A stretch of DNA of 32,000 nucleotides. Source: Thermodesulfobacteriota bacterium (lineage in GTDB: Bacteria > Desulfobacterota > WTBG01 > JAGOGO01). The position numbers and the translations under genes are program-made. The DNA is taken from the NCBI GenBank assembly GCA_026625185.1, contig CP113000.1, forward strand, positions 1,395,622-1,427,621. Direction: 5' to 3'. This document shows positions 8,405-18,390 of this stretch, one piece after another. The first letter of the stretch is position 1. The number at the start of each line of letters is the position of its first letter. The notes below the pieces were generated by a model. It had not been told where the DNA came from and searched no databases. It was given only the letters and a program-made list of their open reading frames with translations.

Positions 8405-10819
8405 TTATGTTCTTAACTCTATCTCCATTTTATTCTTTAGATGAGAAAGTATATTTTCAAAAAGCACATTCACTTCCTCATCGGTTAAACTTCGATCTTG
8501 GGACTGAAACAACATGCGAAAAGCCAAACTTTTTTTCCCGGAGGGTATCGGATCCCCTCGATAGAGATCAAATACCTTTATGTCTTGCAAATACTTAACC
8601 TTTGCGCTAACGATCGCTTCCACAATTGTTTGGCACTCAATGCCCTCATCCACGATTAAAGCACTATCTCGTGAGACTGAGGGAAACTTCGGGAGTGGTT
8701 TCGCCCACTTTTCTTTTTTATCACAATAATGGATAATTTTCCCAAAGTCAACCTCAAAAACAAAAATTTTTTTAGAAATTTCCAAATAATCAAGAACATG
8801 GGGATGAACCTCACCTATGACCCCTATCGGATCACCCCCAATCACAATCTGGGAGGATAAACCCGGATGAAAATACGGAATAGACTTATCTATTTGAAAA
8901 TTAACGTTTTTTAAAGAAAAAATGTGAAAAATATTCTCTAAAAAACCTTTTAAATCATAGAAATCAGTCTCTTTTTGCGGGTGGTTCCAAGCCTCTTCCG
9001 CCCGAAGACCGCAGACCAAACCACTGAGCACGAATTTTTCCTTGGGGAGAAGGTTTTTTTCTTCTCGAAAAAAAACCTTCCCCAACTCGAAAATTTTTAG
9101 GTCCATGTTTTTATGATTGTGGTTTGTTACGACGGTCAACAAAAGCCCCGGGAGAAGCGTGGTCCTCATCACGGATTGGTCTTTAGATAAAGGATTAGAG
9201 ATACTGATATAGCGCCAGAAAGGATGATCTTCAGGAATATTGAGTGATTTAAGCATCTCCGGAGAAATGAAGCTGTAGGTTATAACTTCGAAAAAACCAT
9301 TGTTGCTTAATAGAGATCGAACTTCCGTTTCCTGATAAAAGGAAGCTTTCCCTTTCCCCTCAGGGATGGTCATAATCGGCAGAGTTTCGAGAATTTTTTC
9401 GTATCCGTGGACGCGAGCAAGTTCCTCAACCAGATCAATTTCTTCTTTTAAATCTTTTCGGTGAGAGGGGATAGCAACCAGTATTTTTTCCTGATCATGC
9501 GACTTTACCTTTATGCCTAACCGCTCAAGATAATTGGTCATGGTTACAGGAGTAATCTTGGTGCCTAAAATCCGGTTTGCCTTCTGGATGTTAACCCTTA
9601 CCTGCGGAGGCTTTGGAAGAGGATGAGGAAAGGCATCAACGACTCCCCGGGCAACCTTCGCATTCGCTAATTCGGCAATAAGCTGAGCAGCTCGGTTCAA
9701 TGCAGGGACAGCTGATTCAGGATCAACCCCTTTTTCAAATCTTAAAGAAGCCTCGGTTTTAATACCTAATTTCCGGGAGGTTCTCGAAATACTTTGTGGA
9801 TTGAAAAAAGCGCTTTCTAAAAGCAAAGAACTGGTTTGTTCCTTTACCTCAGTATTGAGACCACCCATGACTCCCCCGATGGCAACCGGCTTCAAGGCAT
9901 CACAAATCATGAGCACGTCTTCATCCAGAATTCTTTCTTTATTATCAAGGGTAAAAAATTTCTCCCCGGGCGCCGCCTTTTTAACAATTATTTTCCCGTG
10001 CTCCACAAGAGTATAATCAAAGGCATGCATTGGTTGTCCCCACTCGAGAAGGACGTAATTGGTTACATCCACCACATTGTTTATGGCTCGGATACCTGCC
10101 AATTCTAACCTCCGCCGCATCCACAGAGGGGAAGATTTTATTGAAACATTGTAGACATAACGGGCAGTGTATCGGGGGCACAGTTCGGGTGCTTCAAGAG
10201 CCACACTTATGAATTTTTCAACCCCTTCTTCTTCCTCAACCACGTTAACCGAGGGTAACGTAAAGACCGTGTCATAGAAAGCTGCTACTTCTCTGGCGAT
10301 CCCGATCATCGAGAAACAGTCAGCCCGATTAGGGGTTAAATCAATTTCCAATACATAGTCCTTTAGCATTAAGGCGGACGCTAAATCTTTTCCAATTTCC
10401 AGATCCGAAGAAAGGATCATGATGCCAGGAGACTTTTCTTCAAGCTTAAGCTCTTCTTCTGAACAAAGCATGCCCTCGGAAAAGACCCCCCGGATTTTTG
10501 AAGCTTTGATTTTAACTCCGTTAGGCAAGGTGATTCCCACCGGAGCGAGGGCTACCGTGTCGCCCGCTTTCATGTTGTGGGCTCCGCAAACTATATTTAA
10601 AACCTCTTTGCCGTCAAAAACCCGGCAGATGGATAGTTTGTCTGCATTGGGATGAGGAGAAACATCCTTAATGCTGGCTATCCGAATATGTTCAAACTCT
10701 TCTCCGATGCAGGAGAGACTTGAAACCTCTAAGCCCGCCATCGTTAAACGATGCGCGAGTTCTTCCGGTGTCGCTTCAAAATTGACATATTCTTTCAACC
10801 AGTTATAACTAACTAACAA
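8405..10819 (-). CDS. pheT: Phenylalanine--tRNA ligase beta subunit
   Basis: 804 aa. The N-terminus (M)LVSYNWLKEY is canonical for PheT. TTG start with AAGGA 6 nt upstream. Confidence 0.95.
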   Translation of the reverse strand: MLVSYNWLKEYVNFEATPEELAHRLTMAGLEVSSLSCIGEEFEHIRIASIKDVSPHPNADKLSICRVFDGKEVLNIVCGAHNMKAGDTVALAPVGITLPNGVKIKASKIRGVFSEGMLCSEEELKLEEKSPGIMILSSDLEIGKDLASALMLKDYVLEIDLTPNRADCFSMIGIAREVAAFYDTVFTLPSVNVVEEEEGVEKFISVALEAPELCPRYTARYVYNVSIKSSPLWMRRRLELAGIRAINNVVDVTNYVLLEWGQPMHAFDYTLVEHGKIIVKKAAPGEKFFTLDNKERILDEDVLMICDALKPVAIGGVMGGLNTEVKEQTSSLLLESAFFNPQSISRTSRKLGIKTEASLRFEKGVDPESAVPALNRAAQLIAELANAKVARGVVDAFPHPLPKPPQVRVNIQKANRILGTKITPVTMTNYLERLGIKVKSHDQEKILVAIPSHRKDLKEEIDLVEELARVHGYEKILETLPIMTIPEGKGKASFYQETEVRSLLSNNGFFEVITYSFISPEMLKSLNIPEDHPFWRYISISNPLSKDQSVMRTTLLPGLLLTVVTNHNHKNMDLKIFELGKVFFREEKNLLPKEKFVLSGLVCGLRAEEAWNHPQKETDFYDLKGFLENIFHIFSLKNVNFQIDKSIPYFHPGLSSQIVIGGDPIGVIGEVHPHVLDYLEISKKIFVFEVDFGKIIHYCDKKEKWAKPLPKFPSVSRDSALIVDEGIECQTIVEAIVSAKVKYLQDIKVFDLYRGDPIPSGKKSLAFRMLFQSQDRSLTDEEVNVLFENILSHLKNKMEIELRT

Positions 10820-10897
10820 ATTGGTATCCTTGAGCGCAGTGTATTTTTAAAAAATTCGTTGTTTAAAAAATATCATGATACGGACAACAAGCACCTG

Positions 10898-11962
<1,065 letters not shown>

Positions 11963-11986
11963 TTATTAAAACTAAGCTTGCGCATA

Positions 11987-12013
11987 GAATAAAAACCAAT
12001 AACCCTTTATTGG
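11987..12013 (-). terminator. Weak hairpin plus U-tract after rplT (terminator or attenuator ahead of pheS)
   Basis: On the minus-strand RNA: CCAAUAA-AGGG-UUAUUGG followed by UUUUUAUU. The 7-bp stem is AU-rich, so this is weak. Confidence 0.4.
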
Positions 12014-12085
12014 CTAATCAATTTTCTGAAATTCACGATCGTGAGAAAAAATCAGGAAGATTGGTGCTGTGTTATATGGCCTGAG

Positions 12086-12439
12086 CTAAACATGTTGTTT
12101 CGCCAGAGCGGCAATACCGGAAAATACTTGAGGATCATTGACCGCTAAATCAGCTAATATCTTCCGATCAAGGATCACGTGCGCTTTTCTTAACCCCATG
12201 ATCAGTCTGCTGTATGAGAGGTTATTGATCCGAGCCGCAGCATTAACCCGCGCAATCCAAAGGCTTCGGAATTCACGCTTCTTAACCCTTCGATCCCGGT
12301 AGGCATATTTTAATGCCCGATCAACCGCCTCAGACGCGCTTCGGATAAGGCTTCCGCGTGCGCCTCGATAGCCCTTGGCGAGCTTAAGAATCCTTTTTCT
12401 TCGCTTGCGGGAAGCGACATTGTTTGTTGCTCGTGGCAT
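12086..12439 (-). CDS. rplT: 50S ribosomal protein L20
   Basis: 117 aa. [29 protein letters not shown] is canonical L20. Confidence 0.95.
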   Translation of the reverse strand: MPRATNNVASRKRRKRILKLAKGYRGARGSLIRSASEAVDRALKYAYRDRRVKKREFRSLWIARVNAAARINNLSYSRLIMGLRKAHVILDRKILADLAVNDPQVFSGIAALAKQHV

Positions 12440-12530
12440 GGTGTTCTTTTTCCTTTCTTGTTCATTAAAAATTTATGGGGAATTGTGCATCGTGCCGAAA
12501 CCCCAACGACAACAATACTTTTCTTACTCC

Positions 12531-12728
12531 TTACTTATAAGGAATCAGTCGTCGAACATTTTTTTCATCCCGTTTATTGATTAAAGTCATCTTTCTCAAA
12601 GCCCGTTTTCTTTTTGGCGTTTTTTTGGTTAAGATATGGCTTTTAAATGCTTTTTTGCGCTTTACTCTACCCTTGCTGGTTACACTAAAGCGTTTAGCAG
12701 CACCCTTGTTAGTTTTTAATTTTGGCAT
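12531..12728 (-). CDS. rpmI: 50S ribosomal protein L35
   Basis: 65 aa. [14 protein letters not shown] is canonical L35. Confidence 0.95.
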   Translation of the reverse strand: MPKLKTNKGAAKRFSVTSKGRVKRKKAFKSHILTKKTPKRKRALRKMTLINKRDEKNVRRLIPYK

Positions 12729-12838
12729 TCAGATTACTCCTTTAAAATAAAAATATCCTATTTTCCCCGAAGAGTTTCTTTACCACCAACAACTCTTGGA
12801 AACAACATTTTTTTCTTCTCCTCTGCGTAAGGGAAGGC

Positions 12839-13366
12839 TTATGACTTAGGACCTACCACCATCGTCATAAAACGGCCTTCCAGCTTGGCCCCTTGCTCTA
12901 TGATCGCCACTTCTTTAATTTCTTCCACAATTCTGTCCATCATTTTTTTGCCCAACTCAAGGTGGGCCATTTCCCGGCCTCTAAATTGTAAAGAAATTTT
13001 GATTTTGTTCCGGTTAGCTAAAAATTTTTTCAGATTACGGATTTTAAAAAATAAGTCATGGTCTTCCGTCCTGGGCCGGAGTTTAATCTCTTTGACCGTG
13101 GTATTTGAATGAACTTTCTTTTTCCGGGTCTCCTGAGCTTTTTTCCGCTGCTGGTACTTGAATTTTCCGTAATCCATTATCCGGCAGACCGGAGGATTTG
13201 CGTTAGGCGCTACCTCGACCAAGTCCAAACCTTGTTCCTCAGCGCGCTTCATAGCTTCTTGGGGAGGCATAACCCCCAACTGTTGTCCCTCCATATCAAT
13301 CACCAGGATCGCTGGACAGCGAATCTCATAATTTATTCTGTTTTTCTCGGTAACTATTCCGATCAC
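12839..13366 (-). CDS. infC: Translation initiation factor IF-3
   Basis: 175 aa in the track. INYEIRCPAILVIDMEGQQLGV and the C-domain KEIKLRP..EDHDL are IF-3 signatures. The true start is uncertain: the track GTG at 13366 lies inside the SD, and an ATA at 13357-13355 is better spaced (see findings). Confidence 0.9.
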   Translation of the reverse strand: MIGIVTEKNRINYEIRCPAILVIDMEGQQLGVMPPQEAMKRAEEQGLDLVEVAPNANPPVCRIMDYGKFKYQQRKKAQETRKKKVHSNTTVKEIKLRPRTEDHDLFFKIRNLKKFLANRNKIKISLQFRGREMAHLELGKKMMDRIVEEIKEVAIIEQGAKLEGRFMTMVVGPKS

Positions 13367-13373
13367 CTCCTCA

Positions 13374-15278
13374 CTAAAAAATCATTTCTGGTTTTAAATT
13401 TTTCAAAAAATCTTCTAAGCTCATAAATTTCAGATCGTTGCCCTCTCGGGTGCGGGGGGATACTCCTCGGTTTTCTACTTCTCGGTCGCCGATGACCAGC
13501 ATATACGGGATTTTTTTAAGCTGTGCTTCCCTAATCCGGAATCCCAGTTTTTCATTACGAAAATCTTTTTCTACCCGCAAATCTTTTTCTTTGATTACGT
13601 GATAAATCTCTTCACCATAAGCGTGCTGCCGCTCTGTAATGGGAAGAACAACCATCTGCACCGGAGCGAGCCACAAGGGAAAAGCTCCTCCATAATGTTC
13701 AATTAAAACCCCTAAAAAACGCTCCAACGCCCCCAGGATGACTCGATGAATCATGACTGGTCGGTGACGCTCCCCATCAGAGCCGACATACGTTAAATCA
13801 AAGCGTTCAGGAAGAGTAAAATCACACTGAATAGTAGAACACTGCCAGGCCCGTCCCAGACTATCTCTTAATTTAACATCAATTTTTGGCCCATAAAAAG
13901 CGCCGGCGCCTTCGTCAATGGAAAAAGGAATTGCTGTTTCCTTCAGGACATCCATAAGCGCCTGAGTGGCATTTTCCCAGTCCTCATCGCTGCCGATAGA
14001 TTTTTGGGGACGGGTACTAAGCTCAATCTCATAAGAAAAATTAAATATTCTCATAACATCCCGCACAAAGTCAATAATTCCTTTTATTTCATTTTTAAGC
14101 TGATCAGGGGCGCAGATGATATGGGCATCATCCTGCGTAAATTCTCTCACCCGTAACAACCCGTGGAGCACCCCGGTTTTTTCATGGCGATGAACAGTTC
14201 CCAGTTCAAAATACCGGATCGGTAAATCACGGTAACTTCTAATTTTCGTTTTATAAATCATCATATGGGCCAGGCAATTCATGGGTTTTAGACCATATTG
14301 CTGGTTGTCGACTTCGGTAAAATACATATTTTCCCGGTAATGATCCCAATGGCCGGATTTTCTCCATAGGTCCAGTTTAAGAATCTGGGGACCTTTCACA
14401 ATCTGATAGCCTCTTTTTAAGTGCTCTCTTTTTTCGAAATCTTCAAGAAGAGTTCGTACCAGCGCTCCGTGGGGATGGTATATGATCAACCCGGATCCGG
14501 CTTCCTCCTGAATGCTAAAAAGATCAAGCTCTTTTCCCAGTTTCCGGTGATCCCGTTTTTTCGCTTCTTCCAGGCGGTTGAGGTGCTCTTCAAGTCTTTG
14601 AGGAGTGGGAAAAGCAGTGCCATAGATCCGCTGAAGCATCGGGTTTCGTTCATCACCGCGCCAGTAAGCGCCCGCGACCCCGGTAAGTTTAAAAGCCTTA
14701 ACCCAGCCGGTAGAAGGCAGGTGAGGCCCTCGACAAAGATCAACAAAATCACCGTCCCGATAAAGGGAAACCTTTTCCTCTGGAAGTTCGCGGAGGATAT
14801 CTACCTTATAATCTTCATAACGGTCCTGGAAAAATTTTATGGCAGTTTCGCGATCCCTTTCATCCCGGACAAAAGGATAATCCCGGTCAATGATCTCCTG
14901 CATCTTGTTTTCAATAGTTTCTAAGTCTTCAATCGTGAACGGACGCGTATAGTCAAAATCGTAATAAAACCCGTTTTCAATCGCCGGCCCAATAGCGATT
15001 TTTGCGCCTTTGAATATTTCCTGAACTGCCTGAGCCATGATGTGGGAGGTGCTGTGTCTTAAGATATCAAGGCCTTTCTCTGAGTCGATGCTGATAAACT
15101 CTACTTCCGAACTTTCAGACATTGGAAAAGAAAGGTCGCGCACCTCCCCGTTGACTTTGCCGGCGATATGCTTTTGGTCCGTTTTCCCTTGTCGCGTGAT
15201 GATCTCAATAAGGGTCATTCCTTTTGGGAAGTCCTGTTCTGTGCCGTCAATGAATTTTATCAAAATTTTTTCCGCCAA
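13374..15278 (-). CDS. thrS: Threonine--tRNA ligase
   Basis: 634 aa. Has an N-terminal TGS-like domain, the HSTSH editing motif, and class II core motifs (FRNE.. and GAFYGPKID..). TTG start. Confidence 0.95.
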   Translation of the reverse strand: MAEKILIKFIDGTEQDFPKGMTLIEIITRQGKTDQKHIAGKVNGEVRDLSFPMSESSEVEFISIDSEKGLDILRHSTSHIMAQAVQEIFKGAKIAIGPAIENGFYYDFDYTRPFTIEDLETIENKMQEIIDRDYPFVRDERDRETAIKFFQDRYEDYKVDILRELPEEKVSLYRDGDFVDLCRGPHLPSTGWVKAFKLTGVAGAYWRGDERNPMLQRIYGTAFPTPQRLEEHLNRLEEAKKRDHRKLGKELDLFSIQEEAGSGLIIYHPHGALVRTLLEDFEKREHLKRGYQIVKGPQILKLDLWRKSGHWDHYRENMYFTEVDNQQYGLKPMNCLAHMMIYKTKIRSYRDLPIRYFELGTVHRHEKTGVLHGLLRVREFTQDDAHIICAPDQLKNEIKGIIDFVRDVMRIFNFSYEIELSTRPQKSIGSDEDWENATQALMDVLKETAIPFSIDEGAGAFYGPKIDVKLRDSLGRAWQCSTIQCDFTLPERFDLTYVGSDGERHRPVMIHRVILGALERFLGVLIEHYGGAFPLWLAPVQMVVLPITERQHAYGEEIYHVIKEKDLRVEKDFRNEKLGFRIREAQLKKIPYMLVIGDREVENRGVSPRTREGNDLKFMSLEDFLKNLKPEMIF

Positions 15279-15306
15279 ATTTTCTCACCCCTATATTTAA
15301 GGGGAC

Positions 15307-15346
15307 AATAAAAAGGCATCACAAGCGGAGAACCAGTCATGATGCC
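15307..15346 (-). terminator. Hairpin plus U-tract between tRNA-Val and thrS
   Basis: On the minus-strand RNA: GGCAUCA (15346-15340), an 18-nt loop, UGAUGCC (15321-15315), then UUUUUAUU. The stem is only 7 bp and the loop is long. Confidence 0.4.
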
Positions 15347-15379
15347 ACCCTGAAATGAGAATAAAACTGGTTTTAAAAA

Positions 15380-15451
15380 TAGGCACGGGCGGTTTCGAAC
15401 CGCCGACTTCTACCGCGTCAAGGTAGCGCTCTCCCCCTGAGCTACGTGCCT
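15380..15451 (-). tRNA. tRNA-Val (anticodon GAC)
   Basis: Folded by hand into a cloverleaf. Acceptor AGGCACG/CGTGCCT, D arm GCTC-AGGGGGA-GAGC, anticodon arm CTACC-TTGACGC-GGTAG, variable AAGTC, T arm GGCGG-TTCGAAA-CCGCC, discriminator A. No CCA is encoded. Confidence 0.9.
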
Positions 15452-15630
15452 AAAAGACCATAAAATAAAATGGTTAAGAAGTAATCTGACAACAACTTTT
15501 ATTAAATTAAGAGTTAATAAAGTGAAATTATTATATTTTATAATTTTGCCCAATGTCAAGAAATAAAAAACAGCTCTTTTCTAAAACTAAAAAAATTAAT
15601 CTTAGATTTTGAATGGTTAAGTAAGTCAAT

Positions 15631-15676
15631 CTTTCAAAACATTTTTTTTGGGTTGACAAAAAAATGTTTTGAAAAG
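15631..15676. repeat. Perfect 17-bp AT-rich inverted repeat (palindrome) with TTGACA in the loop
   Basis: TTTCAAAACATTTTTTT (15632-15648) is the exact reverse complement of AAAAAAATGTTTTGAAA (15658-15674). The 9-nt loop is TGGGTTGAC, and TTGACA occupies 15653-15658. Confidence 0.85.
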
Positions 15677-15773
15677 TTATTTATATATATTTGGCAAAAC
15701 CTTTTTGGTGAAGAGAAACTTTTAAGAAAAGCAAGGAGAAGATAAACATAAAAAAGTTTTTGCGGCAATAGCA

Positions 15774-15833
15774 ATGTTTTTTGTTGTAGTGGCTCTGGCA
15801 GGGGCCTATTATGCCTGGCAGGGAAGGATGTAA
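15774..15833 (+). CDS. Candidate 19-aa hydrophobic mini-ORF (MFFVVVALAGAYYAWQGRM)
   Basis: ATG at 15774 and TAA at 15831, in the same frame as the 107-aa ORF starting at 15837. The in-frame upstream codons read KHKKVFAAIA, like the n-region of a signal peptide, but have no canonical start. SD AAGGAG lies at 15733-15738. Confidence 0.2.
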   Translation: MFFVVVALAGAYYAWQGRM

Positions 15834-15836
15834 GGT

Positions 15837-16160
15837 ATGGGGAACCCCAAGGGGCTGATCAGCGATGAGTCTGATTTTCTTCTTTATCCGGCTCAGATTG
15901 TTTTCGGAGTTAGAGGGCCTGAATCTTGCTGCGGCAACGCGTCTCTGTCGCTCGACGGCCATACGCGGGGAATCAATGGTTTCTTGTGGGCAACCCAAAA
16001 GCTTTGCGGTTTAACCTTTGAGCCTTTTATCAGAGGCGGCAACCAGTTTTTTGACACGGATGGATCGACTCAGGTGTATGGTCCTTATACTGTCGGCTTA
16101 AACAAGAAAAAAACGGGGTGGTTTACCGGGGGCGGTTTTCCCGTATTGTTCGGCAAATAA
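15837..16160 (+). CDS. Orphan hypothetical protein (107 aa, Gly-rich, 4 Cys)
   Basis: ORF with GGAAGG 9 nt upstream of the ATG. A strong plus-strand terminator follows 40 nt downstream. It looks visibly GC-richer than the surrounding AT-rich spacer (not counted). No family recognised. Confidence 0.45.
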   Translation: MGNPKGLISDESDFLLYPAQIVFGVRGPESCCGNASLSLDGHTRGINGFLWATQKLCGLTFEPFIRGGNQFFDTDGSTQVYGPYTVGLNKKKTGWFTGGGFPVLFGK

Positions 16161-16198
16161 ACCTCCTCTATACATCCTTTAGTTAAGTGAAACCAACC

Positions 16199-16227
16199 AA
16201 GGGCGGGTTTATTCCCGCCCTTTTTTA
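16199..16227 (+). terminator. Rho-independent terminator
   Basis: GGGCGGG-TTTATT-CCCGCCC (16201-16220) followed by TTTTTT. The T-tract is on the plus strand only. Confidence 0.8.
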
Positions 16228-16360
16228 TTGAATTTCTTTTATTTCTTATCCGATTCTCCACAAAAAGAGCTTGACTCCGCAAGTGAGGTTTGAAAAAATC
16301 CCTATACACAATCAGTTTTAACCGGAAGAAAACTTAAATTTCCTTTAGCAAGAGAAAAAT

Positions 16361-17065
16361 ATGGGAAGTTTTGTGGAAGTATTGATGTTCAATGGCGAAA
16401 CTTGGGTCAGATTGGCCTTGGCGTTTATTCTCGGTGGTGCTATCGGGTTGGAACGGGAAATGCATGGGAGGCCCGCCGGACTGCGAACCCATATATTAGT
16501 CTGTGTCAGCGCCACGATAATCATGTTGGCTTCCAGAAGCCATGTGCAGCTCCCCTATCCCCTTCCCGCTGATATTCGAATAAATATTGATCCGGGAAGA
16601 ATTGTGGCCGGTATTATGACCGGGATCGGTTTTCTGGGGGCAGGCGCAATCATTCGGCTCGGTGACCTTGTCCGTGGGATTACGACCGCAGCCTGTATCT
16701 GGTTTGCGGCTGCGCTGGGGATTGTGATTGGCGAGGGATGTTATGCTTTAGCGATCTTATCAACCGGAAGCATCTTGATGGTATTAATTACTCTCCAGTG
16801 GCTCGAACACCGCTTTCATCCCGTCGTATACCATGCTATTCAAATTACTGTCCCCCTGGAAAAAGCTGAGGATGTCGAATCACGCTGCCAGGCAATCTTA
16901 AAAAAGGAACACATTCGAATTCAGAATAAAGCGTATTCTTTTTCTCAGGAGACCGGGCAATCGGAGATTACATTTAATGTGCGAATGAGAGATCGAATGC
17001 AAAGCGGCGCGGTAATTCGTGACATCGCTAAAATTCCTGGGGTGTTGGAGGCAAGCTGGAAATAG
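16361..17065 (+). CDS. MgtC/SapB family membrane protein
   Basis: 234 aa. LALAFILGGAIGLEREMHGRPAGLRTHILVC is the MgtC-family N-terminal signature, followed by an ACT-like soluble C-terminal domain. Confidence 0.85.
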   Translation: MGSFVEVLMFNGETWVRLALAFILGGAIGLEREMHGRPAGLRTHILVCVSATIIMLASRSHVQLPYPLPADIRINIDPGRIVAGIMTGIGFLGAGAIIRLGDLVRGITTAACIWFAAALGIVIGEGCYALAILSTGSILMVLITLQWLEHRFHPVVYHAIQITVPLEKAEDVESRCQAILKKEHIRIQNKAYSFSQETGQSEITFNVRMRDRMQSGAVIRDIAKIPGVLEASWK

Positions 17066-17179
17066 GGACTTTGGGGGGTTGATTTTTAAAGTTTTTTGGG
17101 GGAAAACTATTTAAGGTTTCTTTTGTCAGTTTAAAAAAACCAAATGATTCTTCACCGTGCGCTTTAGGAAAAAAGGCTT

Positions 17180-17575
17180 ATGGAACAGATTAACGTGCTC
17201 TCGAAAAAAAGGGTTGAACTTATCGATATCACGTCTCAGGTGCGAAACATCGTGAAACGTTCCGGGATAAAGGAAGGGGTCTGTTACGTTTATGCGCCGC
17301 ATACTACTGCGGCTGTGACGATTAATGAAAATGCTGACCCGAACGTTATCATTGATATTCAAAACCATCTTAGCAAACTTGTACCGTTCGATGGCCATTA
17401 CTCTCATGCTGAAGGCAATTCTGATGCTCACATAAAAACATCCTTCCTGGGCTGTTCCAAAAACATCCTGGTCACAAATGGTGATCTGCTTCTCGGGACC
17501 TGGCAGGGAATATTTTTCTGCGAATTTGATGGTCCCCGGAACCGCAAACTTCATATCAAAGTGATTGCCGGATAG
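17180..17575 (+). CDS. yjbQ: YjbQ/UPF0047 family (secondary thiamine-phosphate synthase) protein
   Basis: 131 aa. APHTTAAVTINENADPNV, DAHIKTSFLG and GTWQGIFFCEFDGPR align with E. coli YjbQ as I recall it. Confidence 0.85.
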   Translation: MEQINVLSKKRVELIDITSQVRNIVKRSGIKEGVCYVYAPHTTAAVTINENADPNVIIDIQNHLSKLVPFDGHYSHAEGNSDAHIKTSFLGCSKNILVTNGDLLLGTWQGIFFCEFDGPRNRKLHIKVIAG

Positions 17576-17580
17576 ACCAT

Positions 17581-18351
17581 ATGCTCATTGACACGCACGC
17601 TCATCTGTCACTGCCGCAGTTTGACAAGGACCGCACGGAGGTCATTAAACGCGCTCGCGACGCAGGGATTAAACATATAATAACCGTGGGCACCGATAGT
17701 GATGACTGCCGAAAGGCGGTTTCTCTGGCGCAAGAACATGATTTTATTTCGGCCGCAGTCGGTATTCATCCTCACGATGTTAAAACCATCAATGCGGAAA
17801 CATATTCCCTCCTTAGAGAATTGGCGGCGGATAATAACGTAGTTGCCATTGGGGAAATCGGGCTTGACTTTTATCGCAATTTATCACTGCGGGAAACGCA
17901 GCTACATCATTTTCGTGAGCAGATGAGAATTGCCCGCGAAATTTCCCGGCCGGTGGTTATCCATGACCGTGAGGCTCACCAAGAAGTGCTCAAGATTTTG
18001 CAGCAAGAAAAGGCGAAAACAATTGGCGGTGTTATTCATTGCTTTTCCGGAGACTGGGAGATGGCCAAAGCCTGCCTTGATATGGGATTTTACATTTCCA
18101 TTCCCGGAACCATAACCTATAAAAAATCTGAAGAGTATCACAAACTGGTCCGTGACCTTCCGCTTGACCGGATGCTTGTGGAAACTGATTGCCCATTTCT
18201 CGCGCCCCATCCCTTTAGGGGAAAGCGCAATGAACCAGCGTATGTTAAATATGTTGCCGAAGCAATAGCTCGGATAAAAGGGATAGGGATAGAGGAGGTG
18301 GCAAAGATCACGACTCAGAATGCTCAGAACCTGTTTAATCTTGTGTTGTAA
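17581..18351 (+). CDS. tatD: TatD family metal-dependent hydrolase/DNase
   Basis: 256 aa. MLIDTHAHL, GEIGLDFY, VIHDREAH, HCFSG and ETDCPFLAP are the TatD signature blocks. Confidence 0.9.
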   Translation: MLIDTHAHLSLPQFDKDRTEVIKRARDAGIKHIITVGTDSDDCRKAVSLAQEHDFISAAVGIHPHDVKTINAETYSLLRELAADNNVVAIGEIGLDFYRNLSLRETQLHHFREQMRIAREISRPVVIHDREAHQEVLKILQQEKAKTIGGVIHCFSGDWEMAKACLDMGFYISIPGTITYKKSEEYHKLVRDLPLDRMLVETDCPFLAPHPFRGKRNEPAYVKYVAEAIARIKGIGIEEVAKITTQNAQNLFNLVL

Positions 18352-18390
18352 AAGTTTAGATTTTCAAACCAATCTTCAGGGAATGTTTAA

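Noticed and set aside
15322-15339. The loop of the thrS-leader hairpin contains CUGGUU, reminiscent of a tRNA-Thr(GGU) anticodon loop. This raised the idea of an E. coli-style ThrRS operator mimic.
   Set aside because: The geometry is wrong: a 7-bp stem with an 18-nt loop instead of a 5-bp stem with a 7-nt loop. Position 37 is U, not A. The hairpin is followed by a U-tract like a terminator rather than overlapping the SD.
15851-15880. GGGGCTGAT..., identical to the first 9 nt of typical tmRNA (ssrA), with a GC hairpin (16201-16220) about 350 nt downstream that could be mistaken for a T-arm.
   Set aside because: The downstream hairpin has the loop TTTATT, not a T-loop. It is followed by TTTTTT rather than an acceptor 3' strand complementary to GGGGCTG plus ACCA. 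I could find no tag reading frame or pseudoknot pattern. It behaves as an ordinary terminator, and the region has a coherent protein ORF.
16268-16299. A shared string, AGCTTGAC...AGGTTTGAA.AAA, lies upstream of both the MBL gene (528-550) and the MgtC-family gene (16268-16299). It suggested a common regulatory motif.
   Set aside because: The two halves are spaced differently (3 nt versus 9 nt between TTGACN and AGGTTTGAA). The shared parts are just a -35-like hexamer plus an A/T-rich run. Two occurrences are not enough to call a motif.
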